DNA of 61,524 nucleotides, filler included, from Nitrospiraceae bacterium (GCA_002726235.1; 3 parts of 3 records of this genome joined end to end with filler, not necessarily neighbours in it); one strand, 5' to 3'; shown: positions 18,130 to 28,541, counted from the first letter of the whole stretch. Notes: generated from the letters alone by a model not told the origin. Translations and numbers: made by a program.

Positions 18130-18666
18130 TTAGCGGTCAAACGGTTTGTCATCTCTTGTTGGCACAGGGCTTTTCCATATCCCTTTCCATTCCTTACGTG
18201 CTTGGAATTCTGCTTCGAGCAGTTCGTCATCATACCGGTTGTTGGGGGGCCAGAAGTCCCATAGCGCATACCCATTGAGGACCATCTCGAGGTTGATGAA
18301 TGTGTCCCCTGCCCACAAGTATCCCAACATTTGCCCTTCATAATTTCTTTGCTCCTTGTCAAACTCAATGCGGATATTCTGTCCTTCCACAAGCATATTC
18401 AATGCGTTGAGCGCAACCATCCCCCAAGGTTGAACGCCTTCTGGTGCATCGACGGCGAGCAAGTTCACCCACTCCTTCTTGCCTTCGACCATCATAATCA
18501 TGGTATCACCGTCAATGATCCTGAGGAGTGTTGCAGAGGCTAAATCCTGGGAAAAAGCAGGCGATGGTAGAGACAGAACGAGAAAAAAACCAATCACGAT
18601 CCGAAGTGAGGGTTTCATACCCACCTCCTTTCTATTTGCTAGGTTCCTATCGCTCAACGGTATCAC
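18130..18666 (-). CDS. Thermonuclease (SNase) family protein, secreted
   Basis: IIDGDT, VDAPE, GQMLGYLW, INLEMVLNGYA, ARKEWKGIW; signal peptide. Confidence 0.85.
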   Translation of the reverse strand: MIPLSDRNLANRKEVGMKPSLRIVIGFFLVLSLPSPAFSQDLASATLLRIIDGDTMIMMVEGKKEWVNLLAVDAPEGVQPWGMVALNALNMLVEGQNIRIEFDKEQRNYEGQMLGYLWAGDTFINLEMVLNGYALWDFWPPNNRYDDELLEAEFQARKEWKGIWKSPVPTRDDKPFDR

Positions 18667-18789
18667 AGATTAGAGACCAAATTTCCTCAGCCCGTTTTGA
18701 CCGAGGCTTGAAAAAGGGATAAAAACAGCCCTGGCAAATCGTGCAAACTTGGACACCGCCACATCTCGTTTTTCCTTGACCTATGGGTT

Positions 18790-19896
18790 ATGATGCCGCC
18801 CATGAATTGCACGCCTCTCCATGCCAATCACACTGACCTGAACGCCAAGATGACGGATTTTGCAGGGTGGGACATGCCCCTTTCCTATTCCGGCGCTTTG
18901 GATGAATATCAGGCCGTGCGGACGACCGTCGGACTCTTTGACGTATCCCACATGGGCCGATTTATGGCGGAAGGCGAAGGGATTCATTTTCTCCAACGCA
19001 TCACCACCAATAACGTCGAGTCCCTCGCCCCCGGACAGGCTCAATACTCAATGGTCTGCAACCATGATGGAGGAATCCTCGACGATATTTTAGTGTACCG
19101 TCTTGCAGACAATCGCTTCTTGGTATGCGCCAATGCATCAAATCGACAAAAGCTATGGGAGTGGTTTCAACGCCATGATGATCGTAGCCTGATCGCAAAT
19201 GGTGTGATTCGTGATCAGACGACAACTATGGGTCAGATTGCCATCCAAGGACCGAAGTCAAAGGACGTTCTTCAACAATGCGCTGGAAACTCGTTTCCAG
19301 CGCTCCCGCCACGAGGTTGTGTTGAATCTGAAATTCTGGGAAGCCATGGGATCATCGCGCGAACCGGATATACCGGTGAACACGGCTATGAGCTTTACCT
19401 TCCAGCTAGCGATCTCCCGCAAGTGTGGACTGCATTGCTAGAGGCAGGAAAGGCGGCAGGCATTAAACCCTGTGGACTGAGCGCTCGCGATCTGCTTCGT
19501 CTCGAAGCAGGGTTTCTCCTTTATGGAAATGATATTTCAGAAGACACGACACCACTCGAAGCTGGAGTTGAATGGGTGGTAGAGTATTCGAAACCAGACT
19601 TCATCGGGAAAGACGCGCTTCTCAAGCAGAAAGGTGCCGGCCCAGCCCGTCGTCTCATCGCATTTGAAATGCTTCAGATGGCCGTGCCTCGTCATAACTA
19701 CCCTATTGCTTTCGGTGAACAGGAAATTGGTATCGTGACCAGTGGAAATTTCTTTCCCCACAAGCAACAAGGCTTGGGTATGGGTTACGTGAAGACGCCG
19801 TTTTCAAAACCGGGAACTGAGATCTCCGTTGTCATCCGCTACCGCTCCCTGCCTGCATTAGTGGCGAAACCTCCGTTTCACAAGAAGAAATTATGA
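18790..19896 (+). CDS. gcvT: Glycine cleavage system aminomethyltransferase T
   Basis: FAGWDMPLSY, FDVSHMG, RTGYTGEHGYE, ARDLLRLEAG. Confidence 0.96.
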   Translation: MMPPMNCTPLHANHTDLNAKMTDFAGWDMPLSYSGALDEYQAVRTTVGLFDVSHMGRFMAEGEGIHFLQRITTNNVESLAPGQAQYSMVCNHDGGILDDILVYRLADNRFLVCANASNRQKLWEWFQRHDDRSLIANGVIRDQTTTMGQIAIQGPKSKDVLQQCAGNSFPALPPRGCVESEILGSHGIIARTGYTGEHGYELYLPASDLPQVWTALLEAGKAAGIKPCGLSARDLLRLEAGFLLYGNDISEDTTPLEAGVEWVVEYSKPDFIGKDALLKQKGAGPARRLIAFEMLQMAVPRHNYPIAFGEQEIGIVTSGNFFPHKQQGLGMGYVKTPFSKPGTEISVVIRYRSLPALVAKPPFHKKKL

Positions 19897-19925
19897 GAAG
19901 AATAACTAACTACTGATCGCTTCTT

Positions 19926-21269
19926 ATGTTCCATTCAATTACCCCCGACGAAGAGCAGGACATGTTAAAGACGATCGGTGTATCGTCGTTTGAAGATCTC
20001 CTTGTCGAGGTCCCGCGCAACATCCGTGTAAAGGGGTTATTGGATCTACCTCCACCACAATCAGAACTAGAACTTCGGCGCCGTCTCAAAATACTCGCTA
20101 ATCAAAACATCAACGCAGACAATACAGTGTGTTTTTTGGGTGCCGGCGCATATGACCACTCTATCCCAGCGATTATTCCGGCCCTAGCATCACGCTCTGA
20201 GTTCACAACCGCATATACCCCATACCAAGCGGAACGAAGCCAAGGATTGCTACAAACGATTTATGAATTTCAAAGCATGATCTGCGGACTGACCGGTCAC
20301 GAGGTCGCCAACGCCTCACTCTATGACGGTGCATCGGCATTAGCCGAGGCGGCACTGACTGCCATGCGCATCACGAAGCGAGAACAGATCGTAGTCTCCG
20401 GAACAATTCACCCACATTACCGTGGCGTGTTAAAAACCTACCTCACAAGTGTGGGAAAGATTATCGAAATTCCACATGCTAATGGAGTCACGAACCTTAA
20501 GGGGGTAAAAGACGCCATCAACGGGAACACCGCGGCTGTCATGCTTCAATCTCCCAATTTTTATGGATGTCTTGAGGAACTCAGCGCAGGTATCCAGATA
20601 GCACACGACCATAAAAGCCTAGCGGTTGTATCGATCGACCCGATTGCCCTCGGTCTGCTAAAGCCACCAAGTGAATTCGGCGCAAATATTACGATTGGTG
20701 AAGGGCAGGGACTCGGCAATCCGCTCAGTTACGGCGGTCCGTATGTTGGGTTCTTCGCCACCCGAAAAGAGTATGTTCGCCAAATCCCCGGCCGTCTCGT
20801 CGGCCGCACGATCGATACGCAAGGACGTCGAGGGTTTTGTTTAACCCTCCAAACGCGTGAACAACATATTCGACGCGACCGAGCAACATCAAACATTTGC
20901 ACTAATCAAGCGTTGATTGCACTCCGGTCCACAATTTATCTTGCCGTAATGGGAAAACATGGACTTCGTGCAGTTGCCGAGCAATGTTTAAAAAAGGCGC
21001 ACTACACATACCAACAACTGTGCAACATTCCTGGCGTTGCGCCTGCCTTTCCGCATTCATTCTTTAAAGAATTCGTCGTCAAGCTTCCGTGCTCTCCGGC
21101 CACGGTCAATCAAGAGCTTCTTCATGCTGGTATTATTGGTGGACTCGATCTTGGATCTTATGACCCTGCACTGACAAATCACATGCTGATTAGCGTGACA
21201 GAAAAGCGAACGCGAGACGAAATCGACCGTCTCGTAGACACTATAGCGAGACACATAAAGAGTGCGTAA
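19926..21269 (+). CDS. gcvPA: Glycine dehydrogenase subunit 1
   Basis: FLGAGAY, YTPYQAERSQG, NASLYDG, TREQHIRRDRATSNICTNQ. Confidence 0.96.
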   Translation: MFHSITPDEEQDMLKTIGVSSFEDLLVEVPRNIRVKGLLDLPPPQSELELRRRLKILANQNINADNTVCFLGAGAYDHSIPAIIPALASRSEFTTAYTPYQAERSQGLLQTIYEFQSMICGLTGHEVANASLYDGASALAEAALTAMRITKREQIVVSGTIHPHYRGVLKTYLTSVGKIIEIPHANGVTNLKGVKDAINGNTAAVMLQSPNFYGCLEELSAGIQIAHDHKSLAVVSIDPIALGLLKPPSEFGANITIGEGQGLGNPLSYGGPYVGFFATRKEYVRQIPGRLVGRTIDTQGRRGFCLTLQTREQHIRRDRATSNICTNQALIALRSTIYLAVMGKHGLRAVAEQCLKKAHYTYQQLCNIPGVAPAFPHSFFKEFVVKLPCSPATVNQELLHAGIIGGLDLGSYDPALTNHMLISVTEKRTRDEIDRLVDTIARHIKSA

Positions 21270-21780
21270 AGAGATCTACAAAGGCAAGATTGTGAATCTT
21301 CGGGTCGAGACCGCCACACTTCCAAATGGAGCGATTGCAACGCTCGAAATCATTTCTCACCCTGGCGCCGCGGCGGTGGTGCCATTCAAAGACGAGTCGA
21401 CAGTGATTTTGGTTCGCCAATACCGTCATGCGATTGGCGCCTACATTTACGAGATTCCCGCTGGAAAATTGTCTCCAGGCGAAAACCCAAAAGAATGCGC
21501 GCAACGTGAACTCGAAGAAGAAATAGGATATACCGCTGACACTCTTGAGCCAGTGGTGACTTTCTTGACCACTCCGGGTTTTACGAATGAAGTCATCCAC
21601 ATATATAAGGGAACGAACTTGGTTGCTGGAACGCAAAACCTCGGGCCTGACGAGATCATCGAGGTGCTTGAAATGCCAATAACTGCAGCCATTGCAAAGA
21701 TTCACGACGGAACCATTCGTGATGGAAAGACCATCGTCGGGTTGCAAACGATATGGTTGCAAATGGGCAATCAGTCATGA
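21262..21780 (+). CDS. NUDIX hydrolase (ADP-ribose pyrophosphatase-like)
   Basis: EIPAGKLSPGENPKECAQRELEEEIG Nudix box; RQYR; DGKT. Confidence 0.9.
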   Translation: MRKEIYKGKIVNLRVETATLPNGAIATLEIISHPGAAAVVPFKDESTVILVRQYRHAIGAYIYEIPAGKLSPGENPKECAQRELEEEIGYTADTLEPVVTFLTTPGFTNEVIHIYKGTNLVAGTQNLGPDEIIEVLEMPITAAIAKIHDGTIRDGKTIVGLQTIWLQMGNQS

Positions 21781-23222
21781 TCGAGCCAACCATTTTTGAG
21801 TTGAGTCGCGAGGGGCGACCAGGGTATCTTCTTCCGCCTCTCGATGTTCCCGACACTCCTGTCGAAGAGTTGCTCGATCCCAAGGTCATTCGTACACCTC
21901 TACACCTCCCTGAGGTCAGCGAGTTTCAGATTGTGCGCCACTTCACGCGCCTCTCGCAAGCCACCTTCGGCATCGACCAAGGCTTCTATCCATTGGGCTC
22001 ATGCACCATGAAATACAACCCAAAGATTAATGACGAGATCGCCAATTTGCCTGGCTTTGCCCATCTTCATCCACTGCAATCACCTGGACAATCGCAAGGA
22101 GTCCTTCAACTAATCTACGATCTGGAAGAACTGTTGAAAGAAATTGCGGGACTAGACCGAATCTCGCTGCAGCCCACCGCCGGGGCACAAGCCGAGTTCG
22201 CCGCTATGCTGATGGTTCGCTCGTATCATCAACAGCAGAGTGGAAACACACGTACCAAGGTGCTCATTCCTGATTCGGCGCACGGCACAAACCCCGCAAG
22301 TGCGATTCTAGCCGGATACAAGATTGAAGTGGTGAAGTCTGGTCCAGACGGATTGGTCGACATCAATGACCTCAAACGACTTGTAGATACCGACTGCGCA
22401 GCACTCATGTTGACGAATCCGAATACCCTGGGGTTGTTCGAACGCGAAATCGTGAAGATTTCAGAAATCGTGCATGCCGCCGGCGTACAATTGTACCTCG
22501 ATGGAGCCAACCTCAATGCGTTGGTTGGGATGGCCAAACCGGGCGATATGGGATTCGACGTGGTGCATTTTAATTTGCACAAAACATTCTCCACCCCTCA
22601 CGGTGGGGGTGGACCTGGGGCAGGCGCGCTTGGGGTTAAATCCCATCTGGAACCGTATCTCCCCGCTCCAACAGTCGAACGCCAGGACAATCGATATATT
22701 CTGGACACGGATCGGCCCCAATCAATCGGCCGGGTGGCGACATTCTATGGCAACATCGGCATACTGGTCAGGGCCTTTACGTATATCAGTCGGCTGGGAC
22801 ATACTGGACTGCGAGCCGTCAGTCGACTGGCGATTGTAAATGCCAACTACATTCGAAAACGTCTGGAAAATCACTATCACATTCCCTACAATCGTCCCTG
22901 TCTGCACGAGTGCGTGGTTTCAGCCAAAGACTTCAAATCCAACGGTGTTCATGCATGGGATATCGCCAAACGACTTCTCGACTATGAATTCTATGCCCCC
23001 ACGGTCAACTTTCCCCTCATCGTGGAGGAAGCGCTAATGATCGAGCCAACGGAAACTGAACCCAAAGCTAGCCTCGATGCTTTCTGCGATGCAATGATTG
23101 CCATTGCGAACGAAGCAAGCAGTGCCCCAGATCTGGTGAAAAATGCACCGCATACATTAGCTGTTTCAAGAATTGACGAAGTCACCGCAATCCGACAACT
23201 TGATTTGCGCGAAGCACCTTGA
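21777..23222 (+). CDS. gcvPB: Glycine dehydrogenase subunit 2
   Basis: YPLGSCTMKYNP, SAHGTNPASA, NLHKTFSTPHGGGGPG, MIEPTETE. Confidence 0.96.
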   Translation: MIEPTIFELSREGRPGYLLPPLDVPDTPVEELLDPKVIRTPLHLPEVSEFQIVRHFTRLSQATFGIDQGFYPLGSCTMKYNPKINDEIANLPGFAHLHPLQSPGQSQGVLQLIYDLEELLKEIAGLDRISLQPTAGAQAEFAAMLMVRSYHQQQSGNTRTKVLIPDSAHGTNPASAILAGYKIEVVKSGPDGLVDINDLKRLVDTDCAALMLTNPNTLGLFEREIVKISEIVHAAGVQLYLDGANLNALVGMAKPGDMGFDVVHFNLHKTFSTPHGGGGPGAGALGVKSHLEPYLPAPTVERQDNRYILDTDRPQSIGRVATFYGNIGILVRAFTYISRLGHTGLRAVSRLAIVNANYIRKRLENHYHIPYNRPCLHECVVSAKDFKSNGVHAWDIAKRLLDYEFYAPTVNFPLIVEEALMIEPTETEPKASLDAFCDAMIAIANEASSAPDLVKNAPHTLAVSRIDEVTAIRQLDLREAP

Positions 23223-25867
23223 CTGCCCAACGAAAAACCTCACTCCTTTCAGCAAGTGAACAATCTCGCCATCAAGTTTCCGCTACGCCCGAACTCTCTC
23301 CGCTCATGCAGCAATACAAAGAACTGAAGTCGGCCCATCAAGATTCAATCCTCTTTTTTCGAGTCGGCGACTTTTATGAAATGTTCTACGACGATGCGGT
23401 CTACGCTTCAAAGGTGCTCGACATCGCGCTGACTTCGCGTGACAAAAACAAAGCCGATCAAGTTCCGCTCTGTGGCATTCCCTACCACGCCGCGTCATCG
23501 TATATCGCAAAGCTCCTCAAGAGCAGGCACAAAGTGGCCCTCTGCGAACAAACCGAAGACGCCAAACTCGTCAAGGACAAACGGCCGGTTCGTCGAGAGG
23601 TTGTTCGTGTATACACTCCGGGAACGTTACTTGAATCTGACCTGCTGGCGACAAACGAAAACAACTATCTTGCCGCGCTGGCTCCGGCGCACGATCGTAT
23701 TGGCCTCGCCTATTTAGACCTTTCAACGGGAGAATTTCGGGCGACCGAACTCATCGGTCATGACCTCTCCCATTCCGTGATGGATGAACTAGCCAGGATC
23801 GACCCACAAGAATTGCTCCTTCCTGATGGCCCCAATCATCCAGGGCTTCGAACGTTGGATCTTTCCCGCATGCAGACGGTGAGCTACCTTCCAAGCCTAA
23901 GGTTTGACGAAACCCACGCCAAAAGAGTTCTTTCAGAACACGCGACCGCCACATCTCGAACACCCATCAATTCCAACATACACCCAGTTCTCACATCAGC
24001 AGCCGGCGCGCTCCTTGGCTATGTGAAAGAACTTCAACCTCGACACACGCTTTCACATATCTCCGATCTGTGCATCATCCCACCTGAAACAACCATGGTC
24101 TTGGACACAGAAACCCAACAAAATCTCGAACTGGTCCATTCCGTGCATAACCGAACATCAGAGGGATCATTACGTCGCGCCATTGACCGTACCTGCACCC
24201 CAATGGGAAGTCGCATGTTACGAAGCTGGATGGTGCGCCCCTTGATCTCGGTCGATGCCATTCAGAAACGACAGGACGCCATCGCAGAATTCTATGCTGA
24301 TCTATCATTGCAAACCGCGCTACGTGAGGACCTCGACTCGATATATGACTTGGAACGTGTGACCGGTCGTATCTCCACTGGTGTTGCGAATGCGAGAGAT
24401 CTTCTGATGCTAAAGCGATCCCTGAGCCATCTTCCAGCACTTGGTCAGCACATTACCAACTGCACAGCACCACTCATTCAGGAACACGCAACAACCTGGG
24501 ACTCCATGCACGACATTCATGAATGGATAGAATCCGCTATCCAGTCAGAGGTGCCAATGACCATCAAGGAGGGTGACATCATCCAAGATGGCTACAACAA
24601 GGAACTCGATGAACTGCGGGCAATCAGTCGCGATGGCAAAACTTGGATTGCGAAAATGGAAGCAACAGAGCGCAAAAATACAGGAATCGATTCGCTGAAG
24701 ATCAAATATAACCAGGTCTTTGGATATGCGATTGAAATCAGCAGGGCCAACCTTGCGAAAGTACCAGACCGCTTTGTTCGACGGCAAACATTGGTCAATG
24801 CGGAGCGTTTTGTTACACCAGAACTCAAGGAACTCGAGGGAAAGGTTTTGAGCGCCGGTGAGAAAATCCGTGCATTGGAGTTTACGCTTTTCAACGAACT
24901 TCGAGTCAAGGTCGAGAAAGAAACTACGCGAATTCAAACTATGGCCCATACCATCGCGCTCCTCGATGTCGCAACAGCGCTTGCCCATTTGGCTCGTGAA
25001 CGTCGCTACGTCAAACCAGAAATATCAAATGATCTTGAAATCCGCATCCACGACGGTCGCCACCCGGTAGTTGAGCAATCGATCGGTCCCGGCACGCCAC
25101 GGGCAGAGCTCAGTGGATTCATTCCCAATGATGCGTGGCTCAATGATGAGACTCAACGTATGCTCATCATCACCGGTCCTAACATGGCGGGAAAATCAAC
25201 CTATCTCCGACAGGTGGCACACATAATTATTCTCGCGCAGATGGGAAGCTTCGTGCCTGCACGAGCAGCGAAGATTGGCATTGTAGACCGAATCTTCACG
25301 CGCATCGGCGCGTCAGACAATCTTACCGCTGGCCTCAGTACCTTTATGGTCGAAATGACTGAAACTGCCAATATTCTGAGACACGCAACCCCGCGAAGCC
25401 TCATTCTTCTCGACGAAGTCGGACGTGGAACCAGTACCTTTGATGGACTGAGTATCGCCTGGGCCGTTGCAGAACATATTCATACGTATCATGATCTCCA
25501 AGCGCGAACGCTTTTCGCAACGCACTATCACGAACTCACCGAACTGCCCAACAATCGACCAGGGATGAAGAACTATCACATCGCGGTACAGGAGAAAGGG
25601 GATACTATTCTGTTTCTGCGAAAAATTGTCGAAGGCAAGGCCGATCGCAGCTATGGAATCCACGTCGCGCAATTGGCGGGATTGCCAATCCCGGTCATCG
25701 TGCGCGCAAAGGAAATTCTCGCGCAGCTTGAGGGCCAATCCAACAATCCTATTGAGTCGCATCCGCCCCAGGCAGCGAAACTCGAGCAATCATCAACGCA
25801 GGCTCGCTCGAAGAAAGCAACGGTACACAACGTTCCTGATGACAGTCCCCAAATGGGTTTGTTTTGA
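23219..25867 (+). CDS. mutS: DNA mismatch repair protein MutS
   Basis: GDFYEMF, TGPNMAGKST, STFMVEM, DEVGRGTS, SYGIHVAQLAG and a C-terminal clamp-binding-like QMGLF. Confidence 0.97.
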   Translation: MTAQRKTSLLSASEQSRHQVSATPELSPLMQQYKELKSAHQDSILFFRVGDFYEMFYDDAVYASKVLDIALTSRDKNKADQVPLCGIPYHAASSYIAKLLKSRHKVALCEQTEDAKLVKDKRPVRREVVRVYTPGTLLESDLLATNENNYLAALAPAHDRIGLAYLDLSTGEFRATELIGHDLSHSVMDELARIDPQELLLPDGPNHPGLRTLDLSRMQTVSYLPSLRFDETHAKRVLSEHATATSRTPINSNIHPVLTSAAGALLGYVKELQPRHTLSHISDLCIIPPETTMVLDTETQQNLELVHSVHNRTSEGSLRRAIDRTCTPMGSRMLRSWMVRPLISVDAIQKRQDAIAEFYADLSLQTALREDLDSIYDLERVTGRISTGVANARDLLMLKRSLSHLPALGQHITNCTAPLIQEHATTWDSMHDIHEWIESAIQSEVPMTIKEGDIIQDGYNKELDELRAISRDGKTWIAKMEATERKNTGIDSLKIKYNQVFGYAIEISRANLAKVPDRFVRRQTLVNAERFVTPELKELEGKVLSAGEKIRALEFTLFNELRVKVEKETTRIQTMAHTIALLDVATALAHLARERRYVKPEISNDLEIRIHDGRHPVVEQSIGPGTPRAELSGFIPNDAWLNDETQRMLIITGPNMAGKSTYLRQVAHIIILAQMGSFVPARAAKIGIVDRIFTRIGASDNLTAGLSTFMVEMTETANILRHATPRSLILLDEVGRGTSTFDGLSIAWAVAEHIHTYHDLQARTLFATHYHELTELPNNRPGMKNYHIAVQEKGDTILFLRKIVEGKADRSYGIHVAQLAGLPIPVIVRAKEILAQLEGQSNNPIESHPPQAAKLEQSSTQARSKKATVHNVPDDSPQMGLF

Positions 25868-25985
25868 AAAATAGGCTCAGCACTCAATATGGTGTGAACA
25901 GAATCGCTGGAACGGCGTGAGGCTTCGGACAGCGTGCTGGAGGGCATACGCCCCCCAGCACGGATAAAGGCAGGAGGGGGGGGGG

Positions 25986-26093
25986 TTATTTTTTCTTTGC
26001 CTTTTTCTTCACTGCTTTTTTCTTGGCAGCTGGTTTCTTTTTCACTGCTTTTTTCTTGGCAGCTGGTTTCTTTTTCACTGCTTTTTTCTTGGC
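25986..26093 (-). CDS. C-terminal fragment of a histone-H1-like Lys/Ala-rich protein (33-nt tandem repeat), cut by the gap
   Basis: Minus strand reads AKKKAVKKKPA AKKKAVKKKPA AKKKAVKKKAKKK-stop. Confidence 0.7.
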   Translation of the reverse strand, partial: AKKKAVKKKPAAKKKAVKKKPAAKKKAVKKKAKKK

Positions 26094-26193
26094 NNNNNNN
26101 NNNNNNNNNNNNNNNNNNNNNNNNNNNNNNNNNNNNNTTAATTAATTAANNNNNNNNNNNNNNNNNNNNNNNNNNNNNNNNNNNNNNNNNNNN
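26094..26193. other. Artificial contig linker (N run with TTAATTAATTAA six-frame stop)
   Basis: 100-nt spacer identical in design to the one at 42713-42812. Confidence 0.98.
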
Positions 26194-26923
26194 AGTTGTC
26201 AAAAAGTTCTTTGTCGTTTCTAATGTAAATCTCGCAACCAAGAATCTTTTTTTGAGTATTGATTGTGAGTGAGATCGTCGCGCGACTAGTTCCAAAAGCT
26301 AAATTGTACCAATGTTGAGGCCGCGCTTTACTACCAAAACTTAGTTTAGTTTTCTTTTGATGTGCTGCAGCGATCAACTGTTCCCAGTAATCGTGTTGCA
26401 ACAGTTTTGTGTCACTTACCTTATTTCCAGACGCAGAGCTTTGCATCATTCTGCCCCAATTATTCGGCTCACATATGACGTTAAATTTTGGTGCTGGAAG
26501 GGAATCATCTATTCTGTAAACTTCAACTTGAATTAAGAAGAAGTTGATCTGCTCGCTTATGTGTCTGTTCAGCCAGTCGATTGCTTGACGGTGTTCCTCA
26601 TTAAAGTCCGTAACCATCCAAAGAATGAACTTTGCTTCCAATGCTGAAGCGTAAGTAATTAGCTGACCAAGGTGCTTATGGTTGGTTATGTCAAGTTGAT
26701 TTTCGATAATTGCTTTGCCGCTATTTTCTGCAACATCTGCAACTATATCTACAAAGTATCTTCCAGCAGATGATTCAACACTTACATTCTCAAACTGCAT
26801 TTGCAGTTCTTCGCTAAGTAATGCAATGTTCTCAGCAATTGCTAGCCATTTTGTAAAGTCATGGGCTTCGTGCGCCCATATATCACGCGGATTTATTTTT
26901 GAAATTTTTGAAAGTTTAGTCAT
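26194..26923 (-). CDS. DUF4268-family protein (endonuclease-like N-terminus), 3'-truncated by the gap
   Basis: RDIWAHEAHDFTKWL, IIENQL, HKHLGQLITYAS, PAPKF, YWEQL, RPQHWY; visibly AT-richer than guaA. Confidence 0.75.
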
Positions 26924-26940
26924 TGCCTACCTAAGAAAAA

Positions 26941-28518
26941 CTACTCCCATTCGATTGTGCTTGGGGGTTTTGTACTGAGGTCGTAGACGACGCGGTTGAC
27001 GCCGTTGACTTCGTTCGTAATCCGGTGAGCGATACGTCCGAGCAGGTCGTGTGGGAGCCGGACCCAATCCGCAGTCATGCCATCGTCACTTTGCACAGCA
27101 CGAATCGCTATCACGTGTTCATATGATCGCTTGTCCCCTCGAATACCCACTGTTCTGACCGGAATAAGGACTGCAAAGGCTTGCCATACCTTGCGGCCCA
27201 ATCCTGCCGGACAAACCTCCTCTTCGACGATCACGTCAGCTTCCCGTAGAATCTTCAGGGATGGCCGTGTCACCGGACCAATAATTCGAATTGCCAAGCC
27301 GGGGCCGGGAAATGGTTGCCGCCAAATCATAGTATCTGGAAGCCCGAGTTCGGTGCCTAAACGGCGCACTTCGTCCTTGAACAGGTCGCGAAGTGGTTCG
27401 ATGACTTTGAGTTTCATTCGTGCCGGCAGTCCACCGACATTGTGATGTGTCTTAATGATGGCAGATGGTCCGAGGGTGGCACCGCTTTCCACGACGTCTG
27501 GGTACAGCGTTCCCTGAACAAGATAGGTGACAGGACTCTCTTTTGATTGTGCATTGATGAGCTTCGCTTCAGCCTCGAATACACGAATGAATTCGCGCCC
27601 GATAATTTTGCGTTTCCGTTCGGGATTTTCCACGTTTTTAAGTGCACGTAGAAATTGGGCGCTGGCATCGACATAACGAAGATTCAGCTTTAAATGTGTT
27701 CGCAAACTTGCGAGGACAGCCTGCGCTTCATTCGCCCGCAATAATCCGTTGTTCACAAAGATGCAGGTGAGACGGTTGCCAACCGCACGATGAGTGAGGC
27801 TTGCCGCCACAGTGGAATCGACTCCGCCGCTTAGTGCGCAGATGATGTGGCCTGAGGGAGCTTGTTTCTGCACCGTTGCAACCATCGGGTCAATCCATGA
27901 TGTTGTGTTCCACGTTTCCAGGCATCCGCACACACGATGGACGAAATTACGGATGATCTGCGTCCCTTTGGGGGTATGGACGACCTCCGGGTGAAACTGT
28001 AATCCAAACACTTGACGCGTCTTATCGCGCATTGCAGCAATGGGCGCATTGGCAGTATGCGCGATTGATGTGAAGCCAGAGGGGAGACGATCGATACGAT
28101 CTCCATGACTCATCCATACTGGGGTGCCCATATTCTTTTTCCCGATCTGATGGAACAGGTCTGAGGTATCGTCAAACTTCAATGTCGCTGGTCCGTATTC
28201 TCGCTTTGCTGTACGGCTTACCTTTCCGCCTTTTGTCTGTGCAATGACTTGCATCCCGTAGCAAATCCCAAGAATGGGGATACCGAGGGAAAAGAGTTTT
28301 TGGGAGGCTTTTGGAGCGCCAAGGAGGTAACTGCTGGCGGGTCCGCCTGACAGGATGAGCCCCTTCGGACGCAAGTGCCTAATTTGAGCCATTGAGGCGT
28401 TAAAAGGGAGGATAGAAGAATAGACGTTGGCTTCCCGAACACGACGAGCGAGGAGCTGTGTGTACTGGGACCCGAAGTCCAGAATCAGGATATTATCCTG
28501 GTGTGATGCCAGTCTCAC
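26941..28518 (-). CDS. guaA: GMP synthase (glutamine-hydrolysing); start codon uncertain
   Basis: LDFGSQYTQL, GICYGMQ, SGGVDS, IKTHHNVGG, RVVYDLSTKPPSTIEWE. Confidence 0.97.
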   Translation of the reverse strand: MRLASHQDNILILDFGSQYTQLLARRVREANVYSSILPFNASMAQIRHLRPKGLILSGGPASSYLLGAPKASQKLFSLGIPILGICYGMQVIAQTKGGKVSRTAKREYGPATLKFDDTSDLFHQIGKKNMGTPVWMSHGDRIDRLPSGFTSIAHTANAPIAAMRDKTRQVFGLQFHPEVVHTPKGTQIIRNFVHRVCGCLETWNTTSWIDPMVATVQKQAPSGHIICALSGGVDSTVAASLTHRAVGNRLTCIFVNNGLLRANEAQAVLASLRTHLKLNLRYVDASAQFLRALKNVENPERKRKIIGREFIRVFEAEAKLINAQSKESPVTYLVQGTLYPDVVESGATLGPSAIIKTHHNVGGLPARMKLKVIEPLRDLFKDEVRRLGTELGLPDTMIWRQPFPGPGLAIRIIGPVTRPSLKILREADVIVEEEVCPAGLGRKVWQAFAVLIPVRTVGIRGDKRSYEHVIAIRAVQSDDGMTADWVRLPHDLLGRIAHRITNEVNGVNRVVYDLSTKPPSTIEWE

Positions 28519-28541
28519 TATGTCTGTTCCACATTGCCATC

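Noticed and set aside
18667..18800. Glycine or c-di-GMP riboswitch upstream of gcvT
   Set aside because: Region is short and lacks the conserved aptamer motifs; GGCAAA alone is insufficient.
25986..26093. 33-nt repeats as a CRISPR array
   Set aside because: Repeats are contiguous with no spacers and encode a Lys/Ala-rich peptide; no CRISPR array or cas gene seen anywhere in the window.
26094..26193. TTAATTAATTAA palindrome in an N run, and ORFs 25934-26149 and 26138-26923 ending in it
   Set aside because: Synthetic contig spacer; ORF ends here are artefacts and nothing can be inferred about linkage across it.
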